DNA of 64,000 nt, taken from NCBI GenBank assembly GCA_051294375.1, contig CM119265.1, forward strand, positions 15,352,963-15,416,962, written 5' to 3'. Source of the stretch: Paraspadella gotoi (Eukaryota > Animalia > Chaetognatha). This document shows positions 37,171-48,860 of the stretch, in pieces. The notes under the pieces are model-generated. The model was not told the origin of the DNA. It did no database searches and saw only the letters and a list, made by a program, of their open reading frames with translations. How positions within the stretch are numbered: the stretch's first letter is position 1; each line of letters begins with the position of its first letter. A program made the translations under genes and the position numbers.

Positions 37171-37524
37171 TTATCTCAAATTTTGACGGCTTTGACGAAA
37201 TCAAGACGACATGGTGTTTTACTAATGATAAAGTCTTAAGCGATGACAGCGACAAGGACTATTAAGAAGCGAGTGAAGACGGAGACAAAGCGACGGCGCC
37301 TCGATGGGAAGTGGCGCCAGACACACCGAGGGGATGTCGCCATCACGTGGAGAAAAGCGGTGAATAAAAAATGATGAAAATTGTTGAAGGCTAGATTCTA
37401 GAATCCCGTTTTTCCCAGCCACGATCATTTTTCCAGCCTCCAGAAGATAGCGACAACATTGACGAATAAGACGACGACGACTATTCTTCAATCCTCCCGC
37501 CAGAAATCTCTGTGTGCGCAACAG
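37171..37524 (+). pseudogene. Exon-like acidic reading frame interrupted by four in-frame TAA/TAG
   Basis: A single frame reads FDGFDEIK...SDDSDKDY*EASED...SGE*KMMKIVEG*ILES...DNIDE*DDDDYSSILPPEISVCAT and ends at a good donor, CAG|GTGAGC (37525). Confidence 0.3.
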
Positions 37525-37893
37525 GTGAGCGTAAATTTGACCGCGCGCGACGGCGATGAGATAACGAGACGAGAAAATGGCGAGGGCAAAAGTTGTCGCG
37601 AAGTCCGGAGCGAAAAGGCGACGCTAAAGACGCGGAAGGGAAACTGGGGTGAAACGATAAACGGAAATGGTGATGGGCTCGTGGCCGTCGGGTGGGTTAA
37701 TGCGGTCACCGGCGGAAGACGAAGGGGGGGGGAATAGGTGAAGTTTGGGTGAGGACAAATGGCAATCGGACGTTGTTTGGGGGTGCGGAGGGAAGGGCAG
37801 GTCTGAGCGGGTAAGGTCAAAATGGATCGGGTAAAGGAGGGGCGAATGTCGAAAATAGAATGGAGGCGGAAGAATAGAAATGATATTAAAAAA

Positions 37894-37978
<85 letters not shown>
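37894..37978. repeat. (TAT)n microsatellite
   Basis: Directly visible. Confidence 0.97.
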
Positions 37979-37981
<3 letters not shown>

Positions 37982-38252
37982 TTTTTTACAATTTATGAAA
38001 ATGTAATTAATCAATATGATTAAAACGAAAGTAGGGAACCAAATGTGCGTGAAAAATGAAAAAAAAAGGTTTACGGAAAAATGGACATGATGAAAATATG
38101 GAAATGGTTGACGTGGGACGTGGGGATCGAGAACGCGGGAGGCGAGAGGCGAAAGGCGGTCGAGAGCAGAGGAGCCAAGTCTCACGGCAATCGTGGTGAT
38201 TCATGTCCCGAAGGAAAAAAGCGACGAAGTTCCGCCGCAGAAAAAACGATTA

Positions 38253-38302
<50 letters not shown>

Positions 38303-38634
38303 CTGACTCAGGATATACTTTTGCTGTTTCTCTCACTCTCACTATGCTTAATTGCTATGCTTATACTATGTTATGCTTATGCTATTGCTTAATTGCTTAA
38401 TTGACAATCTTGGTCTCCGTTTTATTCTATTTCTCATTTCTCATCTTTCTCTCTCTCTGTCCCTTCCTTTCCTTACCTTCCCTCGTTTTCCCCAGTCGCG
38501 CCATCAAGATTCGACGAGAATCAACTGAATTCAATTTTAATGGGCTCAAGCATTATCACGCCGAAGCATTTGTTCGTCCCTGTTAAATAAAAAAAGGTTT
38601 TCGTCGTTGCAGCATTAACGTTCTGTCAAACGCT

Positions 38635-38677
<43 letters not shown>

Positions 38678-38768
38678 TTCCCCTCGCTTTGCGCACGTTC
38701 TATTCGTAATCTTTTGTTATTCTTCCCTAGCGTTCACTCGTCCATTTTCCTCCTAGTACCAGGTCGAG

Positions 38769-38884
<116 letters not shown>

Positions 38885-39157
38885 GTGCCACGTTTAAGGT
38901 CCTTTTTAAAGATTGATGGAAAATCTTCGTTCTCATTAGCCGTCCATTCGAGAGAGAGAAAGCCTGGTTTGAGAGAGAGAGAGTGAGAGAGTGAGATAGT
39001 AAGAGAGAGAGCGAGAGAGCGAGAGAGAAAAAAAAGTTGGATTAAGTAGAGAGCGCGTCCGGGTCACGCGCCGCTCATTTGTTTCTCCTCGACGAGTTGG
39101 CGAATACTGTTGAAATTGAAATGTCGGCCGCTACGGCGTCTCCGGCGCCAACGTCGA

Positions 39158-39184
39158 TTTCGCGCCTCGCGTTCCCATGGTTAC
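39158..39184. promoter_or_regulatory. E2F site (TTTCGCGC) plus RFX X-box (GTTCCCATGGTTAC)
   Basis: Motif match in a CpG-dense patch outside the triplicated block. Confidence 0.45.
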
Positions 39185-40012
39185 GCTTAACCTCTTAGCC
39201 GACGGTTTTGTTCGACCGGGAATTTTCTTCTTTTTTTTCGTTTAATTTTTTATCTTTTTTTTCGATTGGTCTTTTGTCTTCCTCAACTTTTAACATTTTT
39301 TTCCTATGTCGTTGATACAAAGTATTTGTTTCCAATAATCGTCTCCAAATGCGGAGACCAAAAAAAAAAATAAACTCTGCAAATAAAGACTCTTTTTCTC
39401 TCAATTAGCAACGAAAAACTTTCTCCACCAACTTCTATCCCGCCCCCACCTCCCTCCCCCGCATCCTCTCAAATCTCACTCCACGCGCGCGCTCTTTTAT
39501 TCCGCCTCCACCCCCCCCCCCGCGCCCCCCCCCACACAACCTCTCGCTCTCTCTCTCTCTCTTTCTCGGTTTCGGTTTCTTCCCTGAGACGAAGACGAAA
39601 TAAATTCTCGAGTTTTTGTTTACATCCTTCGTCGGTTTTTAGTGGTTAATTCATCATCACAACAAGCGGAGGCGAGTTCTGGGTGGGGTGGGTGGGTGAG
39701 TGTAGACCGGGTAAGGTCGAGGTGGGCGTGGATACGGGGAAGTCTTTTTGAGCGTCGTTAATTGGATTGATATTTTTTTTTTTTTTTTGATGGGGGGGGG
39801 AAGAAATTGATTCAAAAAACGGAGCGGGATCTTCTTCGTCCCCCACACGCCATTATTTTCTCCCACGGTCCTCCCACTCCTGCACGGCCGCCTTCAAATA
39901 TGCAAGGACTCCGCCTCCACATCCCCCATCACCCCGTCATCTCCCGAAATCCCCGAGAGTCGAGGCAAAGGATTCGACAACAACCTCGACTTCGAAGACG
40001 ACGGCATTTCGA

Positions 40013-40103
40013 TGCCATTCTGGGGATTCTGGGGATTCTGCCATTCTGCCATTCTGCCATTCTGCCATTCTGCCATTCTGCCATTCTGCCATTCTGCCAT
40101 TCT
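40013..40103. repeat. (GCCATTCT)n octamer tandem repeat with GGGGATTCT variants
   Basis: Directly visible; it explains the MAEWQNGR and ILPFCHSA ORF repeats. Confidence 0.95.
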
Positions 40104-42302
40104 GGGGATCAGACTTGGATCGATCGACGCGATCGGCGCGTTTTCGCCGCGATAATTTTCTTCCGTCTCGGCCGCATACGAAGCCTCAGCCGCCGCGGCC
40201 GCGTCCGACGCAGCCGCCGCAGCCGCCGCGGCCGCCATCTTCGTTTTCATCGTTTCGTACTTTCGCTCCTCTACGTCATTACCATCGCGGAATGAGGCCC
40301 CAGAAATTACGACGAGCAACATTCTCTTTTTCTCGCCTACACTGGAGCGTCGCTGTCGTTGTTGTTGTAGCCGAGATAACGACAAGCATTTTTTTTTAAA
40401 TTATATTTAAGACAGGTCCGATGAGAAAAAAGCTAAAGGTCGATTCTGATTTTCTGGTGGGATCTCTGAATTTCAGGACAATGTGGACGCAGAACTCACG
40501 ACCATATTCTCCTCGTCGTACGATCTAAACGTTCGGATCCCACGATGAAATCGTTATCGATGATAGAATGGCGAAAAAGTCTAACGCCGTTGGCGCCATT
40601 GCAACGCCGTCGCCGCCTCTGCCGCCTCTGCCGCCTCTGCCGCCTCTGCCGCCGCCGTTACCGGATGCCCGACCCTCGCGCCTCCTGTCGGCCGCGAACC
40701 GCGAACGCCAACGACTGGTCGGAGGGAGATTTTGTTCCAGACTCGTAACGACCTCGCTCGTCGATTGCCGAACTACAACGACAACGAAAACTTCTCTGCA
40801 TGAATATAAACATTAACTTGGCAAATGAGATACAACTGAACGGGAATCGGTTCGTCTAAAATGCACGAAGAACCTCGTTTTTTACCGACTTTTCACAATG
40901 AAGTAGTTTTTCTTTGAAATTGTTATTTCGTTTCCAATATGATAGAAAATGGGCAACTGTCCAATGAATAACGAACAACCCACTGATTGAACTCGAGAGC
41001 CCATGAAAGAGAATAGAGAATGTTATTCATAGTTAGAATTTGGTCCCACAACAACGAGGCGCCTTTGCAACGATCGTAAACTAACTCGCCACTTTGCGCT
41101 AACGATTGTTCGACGTCGTTGGTCACGACGATTAACCCGACGTCGCCGAACTTAACCCAAGCGAACGACGGGCGCCTCGTCCTTCGCCCAACTTGCCCCA
41201 AAAATCGAATACTTGCGCTCACCCCGGCGAATCTGAACTCCACCAACCGACTCTCTTCATTCTGTTATAAAACTTACCCCAATTTTAGTCACCGGTTTTG
41301 GGCGAAACTCGAAAGCCGAAAGGGGAAGGGTGGGTGAACGGAAAGCCTCGCGGCAACCGGTTCAAAGTCCCAATGATAGAGAGAAAAACTTTATGAGATC
41401 CCGGAGGAATATGGAACGAGAGACCCGAAGAAGAGAAGAGCATGAGATGAATGAGGAGAGAGAGAGACCAGAGAGAGGGCGAGAGATGAAGAGAGAGAGA
41501 GAGAGAGAGAGCGGTTGGTGTAGAGAGAGGTTAAGTCATTCTCGAGACTTTTGGGAGAAAAGTGCTGAGATTGAAAACATTTGGGGAAACTGGAAAAGCG
41601 TGAAGTGATTCGGAAAAAAAGACATTCGCCAAACTGTTTGACATAACGAAGCAAAATCGTGTGTGTGTGGCTCTGTGTGTCTACGTGTGTGTGTGTGTGT
41701 GTGATAAAGATGAGAAGGGGAGGGTGGGAGACAGAGAGAAAGAAATAAATAAAAAGCTAGAGACGAAGGTAGAGAGAGAGGAAGGTCGTAGGATGAGATT
41801 GAGGACAAAATCAAAGAAAGCTACTGTCATTTAAAGCTGGTCCAGACGGGCCCGTGATGACTCTTTTCTTTAATATTAGTTTTCTTCGATTTTCTTTTTA
41901 TTATCATTAAATCATTCTAAACTACTTATTTTTTCATAAGATCAAAATTACACACAACACAGCAATAATTCAAAAAATGACCTTTCGGTTGGCTTCGACG
42001 AGTCGTAATCAAAATTGATTTAGCCTCGAAATCAATGTTCTCGACCTAAATAAAACCAATAATATCTAAACGTTAAACCGAGTAGTAAAATGAATTATAC
42101 GTCGTCGCAGTCTGCTAGCTGTGAATTTGCACGCTTCGAAATTACCAGTTGCAAATGAACCACGAGGATTTTAAGTAAGAAATGAAAGGAAAGCTTAACT
42201 TTTAAGTCCTTGGGGAAGGGGATGTCGATGGAAGACCGGGAGGCGTTAGAGAGAGAGAGAGAGAGAGAGANNNNNNNNNNNNNNNNNNNNNNNNNAAGAG
42301 AG

Positions 42303-42622
42303 AGATAAAGGAACTAAAAAACTCGTTCCTTCGCTTCTGTCGCGAATGATATCCTCAAAAAAAAAAAGGCTGAAGAAGAAACTAAATAACTTCCACCTTC
42401 AAAGCGAACCGCCTGTGTTTGTGCGACTTTGAGCAGAAATTGCTCAAACGGTTCTAGAGATTAAGTCTGTCTTCTGTTTCTCTCTCTCTCTCATTCTCCT
42501 TTCATCTTCACCTATCTTCTCATCTCTCTCCTCATCTATCTCCTCTTCTCTACTGGTCGATTTTTTGAGGATATCATTCGGACAGGAAAGCGAAGGAACG
42601 AGTTTTTTTAGTTCCTTTTTTC
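42303..42622. repeat. ~60-bp inverted repeat pair next to a 25-N gap
   Basis: aaggaactaaaaaactcgttccttcgcttctgtcgcgaatgatatcctcaaaa (~42309-42360) pairs with ttttgaggatatcattcggacaggaaagcgaaggaacgagttttttagttcctt (~42563-42618). Confidence 0.85.
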
Positions 42623-42671
42623 TCTCTTTTTCCCTCTCTTTTCTTTACTTCTTTTTTTATATTTTCGCTCT

Positions 42672-42739
<68 letters not shown>

Positions 42740-43058
42740 CACGGACGGCGGATTTATCGCTTTCCTTTCCTCTTTTTTCTTTCCTTTCTTTTTTCCTTTC
42801 ATTCTCAAGTGTCAGGTGTAAAATTGTTAACAGGCGCGAATCGTTCAGGATCTAAGGATTTTTTTTCCCTTCCTTCGTCGTCCAAAAGTGTTTTTTAAAA
42901 AAATCTGAAATAAGGAAGTCGTATTAAACCAGTAAAAAGAAAATAATTCGATATCCAACTAAAGAAAATAATGAAATCGTGATTCAGTCGCTTTTCTATT
43001 CGTTGGCAGCGCCTCCGGCCGACGCAGGCGTTAAATGGTTAAGATTGTTAATACCCAC

Positions 43059-43090
<32 letters not shown>

Positions 43091-43210
43091 NNNNNNNNNN
43101 NNNNNNNNNNNNNNNNNNNNNNNNNNNNNNNNNNNNNNNNNNNNNNNNNNNNNNNNNNNNNNNNNNNNNNNNNNNNNNNNNNNNNNNNNNNNNNNNNNNN
43201 NNNNNNNNNN

Positions 43211-43244
<34 letters not shown>

Positions 43245-44419
43245 TTTCTCGTCACTTCCGGTTTCCAATTCTCCCTCATTCCCGTCGACTATGAAATCGA
43301 GGCTGCGACCTTGAAGACTGATTCCTCGACGACGAAGACGACGACGACGTCGACCTTCAACCGAAAGTCCGTTTCGAACGCCATTCATCGGCGCCGACGA
43401 GGAATTGAGGAATTGAGGAACGCGAATCGGGGCAGGGTGGGGGGTGGTGGGTGGGAGGGAGAACAGAATAAGGGTGGGAAACGGGAAAGTTGACGTTTGT
43501 GGGTGAAAACAGTGGACACATTGGGATCCCAATAAAAGGGGAGTGGTTGAAATCGACATCCGAGTGGTCTGTGTCGCGGTGATTTACAGTGGGTGGGTAC
43601 TGGGCGGGTTGTGGTTAATTTCTTCGCCGTCCCTTTCGTTGTTTCCCCGTCGCTCGGCCTCGAGTTTATCGGNNNNNNNNNNNNNNNNNNNNNNNNNNNN
43701 NNNNNNNNNNNNNNNNNNNNNNNNNNNNNNNNNNNNNNNNNNNNNNNNNNNNNNNNNNNNNNNNNNNNNNNNNNNNNNNNNNNNNNNNNNNNNNNNNNNN
43801 NNNNNNNNNNNNNNNNNNNNNNNNNNNNNNNNNNNNNNNNNNNNNNNGGGAAAAAGAAATGGGAAAGAGGCAGAATTTAGCATCTCATATGGAGCGAGAG
43901 TGAGAGATGATTGAAACAAGTTTTAAATGAAGGAGGGAGAAAAATATGGCCGACCGAGCGGACTAGAAACCGCAAACAAATAACAAAAATAAAAAAAGAA
44001 GAATAAGGTAACAAAAAACAATGACGCTCGGGTTTGGTAATGCGAACTGCCAGCCGAAGAATTAGCGGTTTTACGAATCGACGTGATGCGGTGGAAACGA
44101 TCGAAGGCGATCAGTTGACGGGACTCGAAATAAAGTGGGCAGGCGGAGAGGGGGGGAGTGATTTCGTCGATTGGCTGAACGAGGTGACGGAGAAGAAAGA
44201 GGAAGAGGCGGAGGAGGAGTAACAGGAGCGAAGAAAAGGGGAAAAAGACGAGCCAGTCAAGGAAACGTAAACTTCAGTTCAAGGAGAAAATTTAATCCTT
44301 TTCCCTTATTCTTCTTTCCTCTTCCTACGCTTCCTTCTCTTCCTCTTCCGGTCGCGCTGTGTTTTTTTTTTTTTTTTGCCTCAGTTCCTCTCTTTTCTCG
44401 TTCAACGCCTCTCTCTCTC

Positions 44420-44504
<85 letters not shown>

Positions 44505-44712
44505 TTATAATTCGATCAGAATTTATTTTTTTCCCTTTTTATACATCAAAGTTGGTCTCGAGGGTCGTTGTCGTCGTTATTACCGTCGTCGGGAAAAAAA
44601 AGGGGAAACTCGACGATCCTCTCTGCAATGATTAAAAAAGAATCTCCTTCCCTTCTCCCCCTCCTCTCCCAAGATGACTGGGAGAAAAGGGAATGATGAT
44701 TAGTGAGAGAGA

Positions 44713-44769
<57 letters not shown>

Positions 44770-46177
44770 AAATAGGCAATACGTGAGCACTTGAAAGAAA
44801 CTTGTCGTTTTATTTTGAGAGAGATGTAGTATACGTTGATGATTGGCGAGACGTGCGCTTGAACCCGGTTTCTCTTTTCTTTTTTTTTTCAGAAGCAATT
44901 TGAATGAAAATGAAGATAATTTGAAGAAAATAGGGTTTAATTTTCCGTAAAAGAAAAAGATAAATCTGCATCACCCACTTTCTACCCCCGACCGCGCTTT
45001 TTACTCGAGGCAGACCCTTCATGATTAAAACTGTCACTGCGGGGAAATGCTATAGAGAAAGAGTGAGGAAGAGAGAGAGAAAGAGAGAGAGAGAGAGAAG
45101 AAGAGAGAGAGAGAGAGAAGAGAGAGAGAGGAGAGAGACGGGAGCGGGTGAATCTGTGTGAATATTGGTGACTCCATTCGCGCAAATGGAATCCCGCAGA
45201 AAGAAGAATAAAAACCGCCTCGGAAGTTAAGAAAAGGGCGGGAGGGAGAGACGGAGGCAGAGGGAGACAGGGGGAGAAATCGAGTTGGAAATTGGAATAG
45301 AGAGAGAGAGAGAAAAAAAAAATCTAAAGAAAAAAGTAAGTCGGGGTTAGGAATTCCATTTGGATTCTCGCCCCTTTTCTTTTCTTTTTTCTTTCTCAAC
45401 TTTTTTCCCTTTTTTATTTTCTTCTCTCCATCGTCGTTCATTCGGATCCCATCATCAAAACCGAAGAATAAAATGCATTTATACATTTCCTCCACGGGGT
45501 GGCAAAGGGGAGTCAAGAAGATTGAAACTGGGCTTGGTTGAGAGGTGAAGCGGTCGACGACTGGCAGGGGGTGAGTGGCAGTAGACTGTGCGAACAACTG
45601 CGCGCGTATCGATCGTGTCTAAGATATGGAAGTAAAGAGTAAAGTGGCGAAGATGTGGCGAAAATAATTTGGGACGGTTGAGTGGTAGCATCGGGAGGTT
45701 TGAGACCCGGGTTAAGGTCGGTGTCGCGGAAGAGTGGAGGGCGAGAAAGTCAAGGAAATGACGCGCGAGTTGGGAGCAGCTGGGGCCTTTAGCCGGGAGC
45801 TTCAGTGGGGTTGATCTGGAGAGCTGGATCTAATAGAAGACAGACCTAAGTTCGGGAGTCGTGGCGTCGGCGGACATTCGAACGACGATAGGCTTCATCT
45901 CTGATTATGCGTCCACCTCTGAAGGACCGTCAAACCTCGATTCCCCGCTCGATTCTAAAATCAGTCCGGAACTCAGGAAAAACATGGAAATCGAGGGGAT
46001 ATAAAAAAAAAAAGTCGGTGCCGAATACAAAATGAAATTGGGTTCCGTCTTTTTCTTTATTTTCCGACGCAGAGGTTATATTGATTTCGCAATCCCCGTC
46101 TTGCAACTCGCCTATTGATTGATGGAAAGTAAATGGCAAAAAATATTACTCGTATAAAGATCGTGAAACCGTGAAAT

Positions 46178-46233
<56 letters not shown>

Positions 46234-48149
46234 GTCTCTCTCCTTCGCCCACCACTTTTCCCCCAGTTGGGGATTCTAATTTTTTTTTTTAATTCCCGAG
46301 AGAAATATTCGCTACGGAAACGAGGCTGAGCCTCAAAAATTAGTCGACTACAATTTGAAAACATGGCGGCGCCCGTAAAAAAAGTTAGAATTTTCGCAAT
46401 TCACTGTCTAAAACTCTCAAATTTACTAATGAAAAAGTTTTTGGTTAATTTTTTCTAAAAAAAAGTATAGTGGTTGACCATTGACCATTACGCCAATGCT
46501 TAGAAACGCTAGAACGTGGTGGAGAGATTTCGTGACGGCCTCGGTGACAGGGGGTCGACTTTCGTTAAAAGGAAGGGGCTGACAGAATCGCCGCTCAACA
46601 ATTGAAGGTCGAATGTGGCGTTTCTGTGGCGCCGAAAGTGGGGCGTCTGTGATGGAAACTGACGCCAAAAATGGGGCGCCTACGATGGAATTTTGGCGTA
46701 AAAAGGGGGCGTGGATTGGCCGAGCGTGGCGCCGAAGGAGAGGCGTCGTTACTCTGCCTCGCGACTCAGCACATTTTTTTTAGCTGGGATGAGTTTGGAG
46801 CGAGATAAAAGGAATTTGATCCGGAGGGGTTGGAGAATATTGGGGCGGAAGAACTTGACTGTAGAAGACGCGACGGATTTAAGAGGCGGTAAAATTGATC
46901 CGCCGAGGTGGCCGCCCCAGTCGCCCCGTCGTCCGACGTCGAAGGCCTCGGTAGAAGAATCTCAACCTGAGGATTGGCACCTCCCGACCGAAGCCCCGAC
47001 CTCGACCTTTTGCAGCGATGGCGGCTTGGAGGAAAGACGAAAGTCGAAAGACGAAATAGTATTAGTAGAGAGAAGGAGAGAGGAAGAGAGAAAGAGAGAG
47101 AAAGAGATAATGAGATCATAAGGGATTAAATTAAGGAATACTAATATCATTACAAAAGAAAAAGTGATAACTGAAATTTATCCACGAAATAAATTATTGA
47201 AAAGAAAACGGAAATAGCTGAGCATTGACAAGTTTTAACAAGGCAAAGAGAAAAATATTTCAGTAATGTAAAATTAAGTTAGGAATTTTAAAATTAAAAT
47301 AAAGAATGGAAAAACAAAAGTTTGAAAATGAAAATATTCATAATACAGACGTAAACAATATAAAGAAGAAATAGTAGCAAAATTCAACGAAAAAAAAAGA
47401 GAAGAAAATAAAAAAAGGAAGGGAGAAAGAGAAGAAAGATGGAAGTGATTCTAGGCGAGAAAGAGATAAAGAAGATTTGTAGGAGGAGGAGCGTCGAGCT
47501 CGAGACATGAAATGATTCCCGAGGGATTTTTTTTCTTCGACAATTTTTCTCATTTTTTTTTCTTGTTTTGCTCTTTTCTTTCTCCAACGTGACCTTTTTT
47601 CACCGAATTCTGTAACATTGAGTTAACATCGAGCTCTCGTGCCAAAACAAAAATTCACTTTCGAATTTTGCGGTGACTGACGCGCAGAATACAATATCAG
47701 CGGGAAAAAAAAATTGTACAAGAGGCTGGCGTCGAAAAAGCGAAATATCAGAAGAAAAACGCTAAATTTAATAAACAAAATTTATTGCGAGCTCCCTCTC
47801 ACCAGGCCGAAGCAGAACGGCGATAGTACATCCCGCTGGAACCGAAAGGGGAAGAGGCTTCTTTTTAATTCCGACCATCTCGCGAACATTTATCGCTGGG
47901 TGACCCATCGACCGTTTCCTCTTTCTCTCTGTCATTTTTCAACCCTACCCTACCCTACACTTTTCCCCGATATTCTCCTACCCATCTCAAGCCTCTGGTC
48001 TCTTCGCTTCATCTCTCTCCTTTCTATAAGTTGACCTATTCTTAATATTCATTACTAATCTCCACCATTTTGTCTTTTTCCTTCGCACAAAGTTGTCGAC
48101 CATTTTTCAATTTTCAAACACCCCTTTCCGAATCAGCGACTTTTCTTTC

Positions 48150-48460
48150 TCTTTCCCTTTCCACTTCCCCCTTTCCAATTCCCCCTTTACCCTTTCCACT
48201 TCCCCCTTTCTACTTCCCCCTTTCCACTTTCCCTTTTCCACTTCCCTTCCCCTTTCCACTTCCCCTTTTCCACTTCCCCCTTTCCACTTCCCCTCTCCAC
48301 TTTCCACTTACCCCTTTCCACTCCCCTTTCCAGTTCCCCTATTCCACTTTCCTCTTCCCCTTTCCACTTACCCCTTTCCACTTCCCCTTTTCCACTTCCC
48401 CCTTTTTCCTTTCCGTCTCCGCCCTCAACTCTTTTCCACTTCCCCCTTTCCCCTTCTACT
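48150..48460. repeat. Polypyrimidine minisatellite, ~13-bp unit CCCCTTTCCACTT
   Basis: About 20 degenerate tandem units are directly visible. Confidence 0.92.
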
Positions 48461-48820
48461 TCGCCGTTCTCGTCCGTCGTTTTCTGACCGCGCCGAATAA
48501 ACCGATTGTCCTTTGGGGCGACAAGAATCGGAATTTTCTAACGGGAGCCGGGGTGTTTCGGGAGCGACCTTCGAAGGGGGTTGAAATTAGAGGTCAGCGG
48601 GAGTGAAGGTTCCATAGTGAAAGGGACGTGAGGGGTTGTGGAAGGCCCCCGGAGAGGTTGTTTCATGGTCGGGGCGCAAAGCAGTAAAAAAAAGAAAAGA
48701 AAGAGCAACCTTAGTAGAAAAGTAGGAAGGGAATTAGGAGATGATTCTAGAAGGCTGAGGGTGGAAGGAAAAAAACAGGCATAAGAGAAAAAATCGAAGG
48801 ACGCGATAACCTTAATCACT

Positions 48821-48860
<40 letters not shown>

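Noticed and set aside
39894-40385. ORF with MAEWQNGR repeats and poly-Ala
   Set aside because: It is explained by an 8-bp tandem repeat (not a multiple of 3) and GCC runs; there is no other coding support.
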